DNA from: a virus | Lineage: Duplodnaviria > Heunggongvirae > Uroviricota > Caudoviricetes | Virus record (IMG/VR): IMGVR_UViG_3300039008_000325 | Location: 113,372-137,746 of that record | Reading direction: 5' to 3' (one strand) | DNA length: 24,375 nt | The notes under the pieces: generated by a model | Databases searched by the model: none | Told to the model about the DNA's origin: nothing | The model's input: only the letters and a program-made list of their open reading frames with translations | In this document: one piece after another, positions 9,050 through 16,380 of the stretch | Position numbering within the stretch: position 1 is the first letter of the stretch | Layout of the letters: every line of letters starts with the position of its first letter | Program-made: the position numbers and the translations under genes

Positions 9050-10141
9050 ATGAAATTAACTGATAAGTTAACTAATGCTTTTAATGTAGAGAAAATTGGT
9101 GAACATCTTTTAGGTGATCAATTATATGATGCAGTATTTGGTGAAAAAGAACAAGGTTCAAGTAATACAGCATCTACGTTAAATAATGTTATTAATAAAA
9201 ATATTGATCTTAAATATTATAGTTACCCTGAAAATTATAATGATTTTTCAAACTCATATATAGTGTTTTATATTAATAAAAATAAGAAAAGAGAATTTAA
9301 AGTAACTGATAATAAATCAAATTCTACTAACTTATATGCTTCTAATACTGTAAATAATAGTAATTTTATACCAACTAAATCTGACACTAAACTTGAAAGT
9401 AATTATTTATCAGACACTGGTGGTTATACAAGAATAGATCAAGCTATTTCACTTTATATACCTGATGGTATTGAATATACAACTGAACACAATTGGAGTG
9501 CTGAAGATACAAGAACTGCTGTAATGGCAAAAAGATTTTTAGAACTTGGTATAGATATTATATCAGATCCACTATCATTAATATCTAAAGGATCACAATA
9601 TTGGGATGAAATAGGTCCAAGTGCTCAGAGAAAAATAAAAGAGTCATTGTTAGGTAGTTCAGGTAAAGCCTTTTATGCTGGTAAAACTAAAGATATTGTC
9701 AATCCTAGAACAGAATTTTTATATAATTCAACATCACCTAGAACATTTAATTACACATTTAAATTTGCACCTAAGAACATTAAAGAGTTAGAAACAGTTT
9801 ATAATATTATAAAATTATTTAAATATCATTCATATGCAAGTTTAGGTGTTACTGAAAAAGGAATGGCTTCCGGCTTCGTTAACTTCCCAAGTACATTTGA
9901 TATTAAATATTACACCGGTGGTCAAGAAAATAAACATTTTATTAATAGTACAAGTTGTGCATTAACTAATATTACAGAAAATTTAACTGGTGCAGATGGT
10001 GTATATTCAGTGTTTTCTAAAGAGTTAATGAAAGATTCTGGTATGGAAAATCAAGAAGTACCTGCAGCAATTATGCTTACATTAACATTCCAAGAACTTG
10101 AGATGATCACTAAAGAGCGTTTTATCGAATTAAATAAGTAA
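9050..10141 (+). CDS. 48: Baseplate tail-tube cap, T4 gp48-like
   Basis: ISLYIPDGIEY, NPRTEFLY...RTFNYTFKFAPKN.KE...V..II..FK and the terminal I.LTLTFQELE match the gp48 family. Baseplate context. Confidence 0.85.
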   Translation: MKLTDKLTNAFNVEKIGEHLLGDQLYDAVFGEKEQGSSNTASTLNNVINKNIDLKYYSYPENYNDFSNSYIVFYINKNKKREFKVTDNKSNSTNLYASNTVNNSNFIPTKSDTKLESNYLSDTGGYTRIDQAISLYIPDGIEYTTEHNWSAEDTRTAVMAKRFLELGIDIISDPLSLISKGSQYWDEIGPSAQRKIKESLLGSSGKAFYAGKTKDIVNPRTEFLYNSTSPRTFNYTFKFAPKNIKELETVYNIIKLFKYHSYASLGVTEKGMASGFVNFPSTFDIKYYTGGQENKHFINSTSCALTNITENLTGADGVYSVFSKELMKDSGMENQEVPAAIMLTLTFQELEMITKERFIELNK

Positions 10142-10151
10142 TCATACTTTC

Positions 10152-10216
10152 TTTTCATCATTTTATTACTCCAAAAATTATAAATAATTATATAAGGAGT
10201 AATAAAATGATGAAAA
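10152..10216 (+). promoter_or_regulatory. Perfect 21-bp inverted repeat sequestering the RBS and start codon of the HNH gene
   Basis: TTTTCATCATTTTATTACTCC (10152-10172) is the exact reverse complement of GGAGTAATAAAATGATGAAAA (10196-10216), which contains the GGAG SD and both ATGs. The 23-nt loop holds the late promoter. Confidence 0.9.
10177..10194 (+). promoter_or_regulatory. T4-type late promoter (TATAAATA core 10179-10186) inside the hairpin loop
   Basis: ATTATAAATAATTATATA, identical to the copies at 1316 and 12619. Confidence 0.85.
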
Positions 10217-11007
10217 CGAAAATATGTAAAAAATGTAATGTTAAAAAATCTATTGATATGTTTTCAAAACATAATGGTTTTAAAGATGGTTATACTGCTA
10301 CTTGTACAGAATGTATAAGAAAAAAGGAAAGAGAAACGTATCAAAAAAGAAAGAATAAATTACATAAAAAACATGCTGAGTATAGAGAGAAGAATAGAGA
10401 TAATATAAATAAACGAGCTAAAAAAAGATATTACAAAATAAAAAAAGATATAAGAAAGCAAAGAGAAAAAGATAGATTAATCAAAGAATCTTACAATTAT
10501 TATGAACGAAATAAAGAGAAAGTTAAATTATATCAAAAGAAAAGATATCAAGAAAATAAAGATAAATTAAAAAAGCAATCTAAATTACGTCAAAATAAAA
10601 TAAAACAAAATCCACAATTATATAGAGAAACTTTAGATAAAAGAAATATATATCAAAAGAAAAGATATCACAGTGATATTAAAATAAGACTTAGAAATTC
10701 TATTTCATGTGGAATTAATAGATGTATTGTAAAGAATCAATCAACATCTAAATATCTCAAATTGTTTGGATATACAATAGAAGAATTAAAATCTCATCTT
10801 GAATCTCAATTTAAACTAGGTATGTCTTGGGACAATTATGGTAGAAAAGATAATGTAAAGTGTTGGGAAATTGATCATATTAAACCTGTAACACTATATG
10901 ATTACAATGATGAACAACAACTTATAGAATGTTGGAGTTTAAATAATTTACAACCACTATGGGCTATTGATAATAAAATAAAAAATGATACATATGAAGG
11001 TAAGTAA
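10207..11007 (+). mobile_element. Free-standing HNH homing endonuclease gene (266 aa)
   Basis: N-terminal CxxC...CxxC zinc ribbon, Lys/Arg-rich helical linker, and C-terminal GYTIEELK.HLESQF..GMSWDNYG...WEIDHIKP...NLQPLWA.DN..K HNH domain. Sits between conserved baseplate genes with its own promoter/hairpin. Confidence 0.85.
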
Positions 11008-12383
11008 TGGTAGCAATTAATGTAAAAACTAAAAATCATAATGAGTTAATTCTTGGTGAATTAATGCAATTCAACGAGTCTAATGAAGAACAATATAAAC
11101 TTGAAGTTATGTATCAAGAAGAATATTTAAACGTTAATGAAGATATTCTTAAAACTAATGAAAAAACAAATAAAGAAATAGCTAAATCAAACAAAATTGA
11201 TAAAAAGCAAACAAAAACAGAAGCTAAACAGCAGACAAAATTAGTTAAGACAATGAATAAAATGTCTGATAGAGTTAGTAGTTCGATCAAAAATATTAAC
11301 TTAGGTGGTAAAATAACTGATGTTGTTAGTGATGTTAGAAGTGAAGCAACTGGTTTAGCAAGTGAAGCAACTGGTGGTTCAATTATAGTTGAAAAAGTTG
11401 GTGCTGCTGTAGCTGGTGTTGGTGCTGCTGTACAGGATGGTTTTAGAAATGTTGGTGATAGATTTTTAAAAAATTTAGGTTTAAATTTTTTCGATGATGT
11501 AGAAGATGTGAGAAGAAATGAATTATTAGATAAAATTGAAAAAAATACTAGTCCTAAAAAAGAACCTAAAAAAGAACAAATTAAAGCTAGGTTCAGAGAA
11601 AGAACAGACGTAACAACACCTTCACAAAAAGTTACAGATATGATGAAAAAAGATAAGATAAAACCTAAAAAGAAACTTAGTGATTCTATAATGGGTAAAG
11701 TCGTAACAGATGGTATCTTAGATTTACTTAAAATTGGACTTATTACTGGTGTTATTATTATGGTTGCTAAAACATTCGGTAAAGCAATTGTTGATGAAAT
11801 CAAAGAATCTCTTGGTCTAAAAAAGAAAACACGTGTTGAAAAATTAAGAGGTGATTTAGGTGAGACATCTTTAGAAATTCAAGATATACAACGTAGATTA
11901 AATACAGATTTTAAAGATATTAAATTTAAAGATGCGTTAGAATTTAAAAGTAGAGAAACATTAGAAAAAGAGCTACAGAATTTACAAAATAAACGAAGTC
12001 AACTTGTTAATACTATTCAACAAGAAGCTAAAAAAGAAAAAACCGGGTTTAATATACTGAACCCAAAACTAACTAAAATTATATCTATTGATGAAGAAAA
12101 GCAACCACCTCAAATGATGCAAGATTCAATAGGTGGTGATGAGAAGAAAATTAATAAGGTTAATAGAAATGATAAACTTGATAAGATACTTGATACAACA
12201 TTATTAAAAGATCAACGTGAATTAGAAACAACTAATATGCAAATGACACCTATTACTAATACTACTATTAATAACAATAATGTTGATAATTCAACATCAA
12301 CTAATATGGGTATGTTGCAGACAGCTAGTAGAAATCCTAATGCTAGTTTTGATCAATTTAATCAAATGAATAGGAGTTACTAA
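11007..12383 (+). CDS. Probable baseplate hub / tape-measure protein (gp29-like), 458 aa
   Basis: Mostly helical/coiled-coil, with Ala-Gly segments, a central hydrophobic stretch and an Asn/Thr-rich C-terminus (TNTTINNNNVDNSTSTN) as in T4-like gp29. Located between gp48 and gp26. Assignment rests on context and composition. Confidence 0.55.
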   Translation: MVAINVKTKNHNELILGELMQFNESNEEQYKLEVMYQEEYLNVNEDILKTNEKTNKEIAKSNKIDKKQTKTEAKQQTKLVKTMNKMSDRVSSSIKNINLGGKITDVVSDVRSEATGLASEATGGSIIVEKVGAAVAGVGAAVQDGFRNVGDRFLKNLGLNFFDDVEDVRRNELLDKIEKNTSPKKEPKKEQIKARFRERTDVTTPSQKVTDMMKKDKIKPKKKLSDSIMGKVVTDGILDLLKIGLITGVIIMVAKTFGKAIVDEIKESLGLKKKTRVEKLRGDLGETSLEIQDIQRRLNTDFKDIKFKDALEFKSRETLEKELQNLQNKRSQLVNTIQQEAKKEKTGFNILNPKLTKIISIDEEKQPPQMMQDSIGGDEKKINKVNRNDKLDKILDTTLLKDQRELETTNMQMTPITNTTINNNNVDNSTSTNMGMLQTASRNPNASFDQFNQMNRSY

Positions 12384-12625
12384 TGTCAAATAAGGAGAAT
12401 TTATATAATAAATATTTTATATTACCATATGATTATGATGAGTTTTTAGATTCATTTAACTATTTTATTAAAGTTAAAAAGAACGTTCATAAACCTCATT
12501 TATTAAATAATTATTTAAGAATATTATTTAATTCATTTAAAAAAAATTTCGTTATTCTTTATTTAAAAGAAACAACTAATGAATGTGAATTTCAAAAGAT
12601 AATGAAAATCATAGAGAAATTATAA
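12383..12625 (+). CDS. Hypothetical protein (80 aa)
   Basis: TAATG-coupled to the upstream gene. Aromatic/Lys-rich, no recognised motif. Confidence 0.45.
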   Translation: MSNKENLYNKYFILPYDYDEFLDSFNYFIKVKKNVHKPHLLNNYLRILFNSFKKNFVILYLKETTNECEFQKIMKIIEKL

Positions 12626-12636
12626 ATAATTATATA
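12619..12636 (+). promoter_or_regulatory. T4-type late promoter (TATAAATA core 12621-12628)
   Basis: ATTATAAATAATTATATA followed by an AAGGAG RBS and the gp26 start. Confidence 0.8.
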
Positions 12637-12653
12637 ATTAAGGAGAAAAATAA

Positions 12654-13343
12654 ATGGCAATACCAAAAATTAACTATGCAAATATTGATTTAATATCACC
12701 ATATACTAATAAAAAATTAACATTTAGACCAATATTAGTGAGAGATATTGAAGAAGAACTAAATATTGAAGAGCTTGATACTGTAAAACAAATAAGATAC
12801 ATTTGCAATATCTTAAAACGTTGTATCATAGGTGAAACGAATGATTTAAATAATTTATATTATTTTGAAGTTATATGGTTCTACCTTAAGTTAAAAGCTT
12901 TCTCTGATACAGCTATTATACCAGTTACTATGCAATGTGAAATTCATAATATAGCTTATAATACTACTATTGATATTAATGATGTAAGAATACCAGAAAA
13001 TAAAACTTTTAAGAAAGAAATTGAATTATCTAATGGTTACACATTATGGTTAGAATATTATAAGTATAAAGATATTTGTTATCTAACTGAGGAAATAAAT
13101 AAAATTGTTAATTATACTATGATAAAAGGTTGTGTAATTGATGGTGAATTCAATGATTGGCAAGATGAGACTGTAGAAGAAAAACAAGAATTTATGAATA
13201 GTTTAAAAGCTTCTGATTTAAATCATTTCAATCAATTTATATTAGAAATGCCATTACCATATCTAGCTCACAAACATAATTGTAAAGAGTGTAAAACTGA
13301 TGAAGAATCATACATCTATAATATAAACAATTTTTTCGTTTAG
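12654..13343 (+). CDS. 26: Baseplate hub assembly protein, T4 gp26-like
   Basis: MAIPKINY...L.SP...K.L.FRP.LV.D, FEV.WFYLKL.A.S, and a C-terminal HxCxxC followed by ...NNFF match the gp26/gp51 family. Confidence 0.8.
   Translation: MAIPKINYANIDLISPYTNKKLTFRPILVRDIEEELNIEELDTVKQIRYICNILKRCIIGETNDLNNLYYFEVIWFYLKLKAFSDTAIIPVTMQCEIHNIAYNTTIDINDVRIPENKTFKKEIELSNGYTLWLEYYKYKDICYLTEEINKIVNYTMIKGCVIDGEFNDWQDETVEEKQEFMNSLKASDLNHFNQFILEMPLPYLAHKHNCKECKTDEESYIYNINNFFV
13331..13337 (+). other. Candidate -1 ribosomal slippery heptamer T TTT TTC
   Basis: In the gp26 frame (AAT TTT TTC GTT TAG) the X XXY YYZ heptamer lies one sense codon before the stop. The -1 frame is open from 13322 to TAA 13490-13492. 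Confidence 0.55.
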
Positions 13344-13492
13344 TGAGAATCGAGATAGACCAATACTTTGAAAATAATTATTTTCTTTATAGTAACGGGT
13401 TCTCAATAGAAGGTGTAAATGATTGGTCTCTAAAACAAAGAAATATCTATATTATGGTAGGTAAAAAGAAAATACAGGATGATATGAAATAA
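13343..13492 (+). CDS. 51: Short gp51-like baseplate hub assembly ORF (49 aa), missed by the ORF track
   Basis: VRIEIDQYFENNYFLYSNGFSIEGVNDWSLKQRNIYIMVGKKKIQDDMK resembles the gp51 C-terminal pattern (Y..N..L....S...I..M...ER.IY). It fills the gap exactly, with TAGTG and TAATG overlaps. Confidence 0.7.
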   Translation: MRIEIDQYFENNYFLYSNGFSIEGVNDWSLKQRNIYIMVGKKKIQDDMK

Positions 13493-13953
13493 TGAGATAT
13501 GATGAAATTCTAAATACACGTGTTATTGGTGATCAATATCAAAAGGATTTTTTAGAAAAATATATTATTAAATATGAAGATATTAATGAAATTGCTATCG
13601 AATATTATATTCTAGATGGTAATACACCTGAAAGTATTGCAGAAAAAGTGTATGGAAATATGGAATATGAATGGATCATTATGCTAATTAATAAAATTAA
13701 CAATAGAAACAATGATTGGCCATTAACGTCATCAGCATTATTAAAATATGTAATGAAAAAATATGACGGTGATGTTCACGGTATTCATCACTATGAGGAT
13801 AGCTTAGGTAATATTGTTCAAGATGATACAAAAACACCTATTAGTAATTACACATTTGAAGAAAGAATAAATAATAAAAAAAGAAATATTCACGTACCTA
13901 CTATGAGATTTTTAGAAAGGTTCAAAAGAGAAGTATATAGGAATTTAAGTTAG
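13492..13953 (+). CDS. 53: Baseplate wedge subunit, T4 gp53-like (LysM-type)
   Basis: Y.I.DG.TPESIAEKVYGN..YEWII.L.N.I.....DWPL....L.KYV.KKY and IHHYE are gp53 signatures. Confidence 0.9.
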   Translation: MRYDEILNTRVIGDQYQKDFLEKYIIKYEDINEIAIEYYILDGNTPESIAEKVYGNMEYEWIIMLINKINNRNNDWPLTSSALLKYVMKKYDGDVHGIHHYEDSLGNIVQDDTKTPISNYTFEERINNKKRNIHVPTMRFLERFKREVYRNLS

Positions 13954-14745
13954 ATGATAGATACTAAAAGAAAATTAGCAGATCTTGTATTAAGAAAACT
14001 AGGTCATCCAGTGATTAAAATAAACATTTCTGATGATCAACTTAATGATGCAATTAATGATGGAATAAAATTATATAATGAATACTCATCAGAAGCTAAT
14101 GAAAGTATATTAATTGATGTTGAATTAACGCAAAATTTAATTGATAAAAAACAAATTTTCTTACCTAATAATGTGTTTGCTATTGAAAAAATATTTACTA
14201 ATTCTAGTATATTTGGTCAAAATAGGGATCCATTATCATTAGGTAGTCAAATTAAAATACCAATGGTTCAATCATATTATAATTATTATGATAACGATAA
14301 CATTGGTAATAAAGATTTAACAATGTCTTGTTATTATATTAATATGATGAATATCAATATGATGGAAAAACAATTAGGTTGGATTACTCAATATAAATTC
14401 AATAGAAACACTAAGAAACTATCATTATTTGAAGATTTTTCTAATTATGCTCCAGGTGATAAAATTGGTTTTATAGTTAAAAGTAGTTTAATATTACCTT
14501 CAGATAATTTAACTGATTCAATTGCAAATCCCGCTTATGGTGATAATTCATTAACGAAACTTTGTATAGGTTATGCTAAGCAAATTTGGAGTGATAATCT
14601 TAGCAAATTTGGCGGTATTAAAATGCCAGGTGGTATTGAGTTTAATCACGTAGATATTAAACAAGATGCTACAAGATTATTAGAAGAAGCAAAAGAAGAG
14701 TTGATGGGTAATTATTCAGATTCAATGGTTCCAATTATAGCTTAA
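13954..14745 (+). CDS. 13: Neck protein, T4 gp13-like
   Basis: L...LRKLGHPVIKINI.DDQL.DAI...I..YNEY at the N-terminus and K..WG/S.NLSKFGGI.MPGGI.FN...I...A near the C-terminus. Confidence 0.9.
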   Translation: MIDTKRKLADLVLRKLGHPVIKINISDDQLNDAINDGIKLYNEYSSEANESILIDVELTQNLIDKKQIFLPNNVFAIEKIFTNSSIFGQNRDPLSLGSQIKIPMVQSYYNYYDNDNIGNKDLTMSCYYINMMNINMMEKQLGWITQYKFNRNTKKLSLFEDFSNYAPGDKIGFIVKSSLILPSDNLTDSIANPAYGDNSLTKLCIGYAKQIWSDNLSKFGGIKMPGGIEFNHVDIKQDATRLLEEAKEELMGNYSDSMVPIIA

Positions 14746-14753
14746 GAATAAAG

Positions 14754-14777
14754 TAAACCTGCTAATTAGCAGGTTTA
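14754..14777. terminator. Perfect 24-bp palindrome between convergent late and early blocks; likely bidirectional terminator
   Basis: TAAACCTGCTAATTAGCAGGTTTA equals its own reverse complement. It sits at the strand switch and overlaps the stop of the last - strand ORF. Confidence 0.75.
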
Positions 14778-14935
14778 ACTATGTCATTTGCAAAAAACAC
14801 TATTTGTTTAGGATTATTTTTAGCTACTTCTACACCTCTAAAACAATTACCTTCTACATCAGTAATACGGACTAATATTGGTTCATTATTAGCATATGTG
14901 TGAATTTTAATTACACAACCCTTTTCATAATTCAT
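14762..14935 (-). CDS. Small beta-barrel-like protein (57 aa), paralogue of 14945..15145; missed by the ORF track
   Basis: MNYEKGCVIKIHTYANNEPILVRITDVEGNCFRGVEVAKNNPKQIVFFANDIVKPAN with AGAGGTG RBS. Shares M.Y....K...EPIL..IT...(Y/F)(K/R)G...V.F with its neighbour. Confidence 0.7.
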   Translation of the reverse strand: MNYEKGCVIKIHTYANNEPILVRITDVEGNCFRGVEVAKNNPKQIVFFANDIVKPAN

Positions 14936-14944
14936 AATACACCT

Positions 14945-15145
14945 CTATAATATGATTTGACTTCTATTAAATTCAACAGGTGTTTGTTCATTACCAACAG
15001 TAAAACCTTTATATTCTGTTTCACCAATATCATCATAATGATCATATAATTGATCATGATATATAATCTCAGTAATTTGAATTAATATAGGTTCTTCAAA
15101 TTCTGGAAATTTAACTTTAACTATTTGATTTTCTTTATATTTCAT
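14945..15145 (-). CDS. Small beta-barrel-like hypothetical protein (66 aa)
   Basis: AGGAGG RBS and its own promoter. SH3/KOW-like strand pattern is an inference. Confidence 0.7.
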   Translation of the reverse strand: MKYKENQIVKVKFPEFEEPILIQITEIIYHDQLYDHYDDIGETEYKGFTVGNEQTPVEFNRSQIIL

Positions 15146-15169
15146 ATCAGACCTCCTACTTCTAATAAT

Positions 15170-15199
15170 ATTATAGTATATTTATTAGGTTAAATCAAC
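15170..15199 (-). promoter_or_regulatory. Early sigma70-type promoter GTTGATT-N17-TATAAT
   Basis: On the - strand: GTTGATT taacctaataaatatac TATAAT, followed by an AGGAGG RBS. Confidence 0.75.
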
Positions 15200-15743
15200 A
15201 CCATTCTCCTTCAGCGGTATTTCCAATAACTTCAAATACAAAATCACTAATAACTAGTGCATCAAGAAACCAAGTTTCACAATTACCCCATTTATGATCA
15301 ATAACAAAGTTTTTAATTTCACTTTTAAAGAAAGATTCTTCATCTTGATCAAATACCAACACTTCATTATCTTTAGGAGTATTTTGTTCAATTTGTTCTC
15401 TCATATTAAGATTAGTAAAAGTCTTCATTTTATGAATAATTTGACCACATATAATATCACCATCAAATATAGGTGTTCCATGTATATCATTAAATTTAGT
15501 TTGTTGTTGAAGATATTTTAAGTCGTGTGATATGAAAGCTTTTATATCAGTGTCATATACAAAACCTAATTTATTCATAGATTTACTTAAATATTTTAAT
15601 GTTATAAATGTTAATTTACCAATATGTGTATCTTCAATATCACTTAGATATATTAGATAGTTATTTTCATATAAAACTTTCACAGGAACTACAAATTGAT
15701 AATCATCAATATCTATACTTGCTCTAAATTTAAACTTATACAT
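15195..15743 (-). CDS. YopX-family protein
   Basis: KFRA at the N-terminus, QQT.F.DIHG.PIFDGDII, and terminal EVIGN are YopX hallmarks. Confidence 0.8.
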   Translation of the reverse strand: MYKFKFRASIDIDDYQFVVPVKVLYENNYLIYLSDIEDTHIGKLTFITLKYLSKSMNKLGFVYDTDIKAFISHDLKYLQQQTKFNDIHGTPIFDGDIICGQIIHKMKTFTNLNMREQIEQNTPKDNEVLVFDQDEESFFKSEIKNFVIDHKWGNCETWFLDALVISDFVFEVIGNTAEGEWC

Positions 15744-15758
15744 TTCTCTCTCCTCTAA

Positions 15759-16052
15759 TTACTCTATAATTTTACTCATATCAGGTTTAGTAGTTAATAC
15801 TTCTTCAATATAATCTTCTAAATCAAAGTTATCCATTCCTGTTTTAAATAAGTAAAATGGTTCATCAACATGATCATAATAATAGTTATTAGCTTCATGT
15901 CCATGTTCATAATATTCTATATCCCAAGCATCATAACCCTGTTCACTGTTTTGCTTCTTTATTTGTTCAAATTGAGCAGCAGTTAAATTCTTAGCTCTAA
16001 TAATAAAGCTACTTGAACTACTGTTACTCACAAATCCCATTCTTTTTTTCAT
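15759..16052 (-). CDS. Uncharacterised protein with N-terminal MKKRMGFVSNSSSSSF motif (97 aa; start probably 16052)
   Basis: GGTGG RBS before ATG 16052. MK.R.GFV(S/T)NSSSSSF is a start motif I recall from many uncharacterised phage/bacterial proteins. Confidence 0.7.
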   Translation of the reverse strand: MKKRMGFVSNSSSSSFIIRAKNLTAAQFEQIKKQNSEQGYDAWDIEYYEHGHEANNYYYDHVDEPFYLFKTGMDNFDLEDYIEEVLTTKPDMSKIIE

Positions 16053-16054
16053 AA

Positions 16055-16369
16055 TTACCACCCATAATCTGTGTCAACTTCAATACCATAGTCTGTATCA
16101 TTTGTTGTTTCTTCAATTTCTGTTTTAGCTGGTGTATATTGATTCACAAGACTATCAACTGTTTGTTCAGTTTCAACACTAACATCTATTCCAATTGGTT
16201 TAAATCCATCATCTGGATTTTTCATCATTGTTTCTTCAACATGTACTAAAAATAGTGTAAGTATTATACCGCCGAATCCAATACTAGCTACTTCATCATC
16301 ACCATCCAATACTCCAAGTATTAGTGAAAGTAAAGAAACTATTAAACCAAATATTAAAATTACTATCAT
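16055..16369 (-). CDS. Membrane protein with two N-terminal TM helices and an acidic tail (104 aa)
   Basis: MIVILIFGLIVSLLSLILGVL and IGFGGIILTLFLV are hydrophobic. GGAG RBS. Confidence 0.65.
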   Translation of the reverse strand: MIVILIFGLIVSLLSLILGVLDGDDEVASIGFGGIILTLFLVHVEETMMKNPDDGFKPIGIDVSVETEQTVDSLVNQYTPAKTEIEETTNDTDYGIEVDTDYGW

Positions 16370-16380
16370 TATTTACACTC

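Noticed and set aside
11114-11803. 229-aa antisense ORF inside the gp29-like gene
   Set aside because: No RBS or promoter, and an Ile/Leu/Phe/Ser composition that is the expected mirror of a Lys/Glu/Asp-rich sense gene. Treated as a shadow ORF.
13370-13385. 16-bp palindrome GAAAATAATTATTTTC as a frameshift stimulator
   Set aside because: It lies 32 nt downstream of the heptamer, beyond the usual 5-9 nt spacing, and is almost all A/T, so it may be chance.
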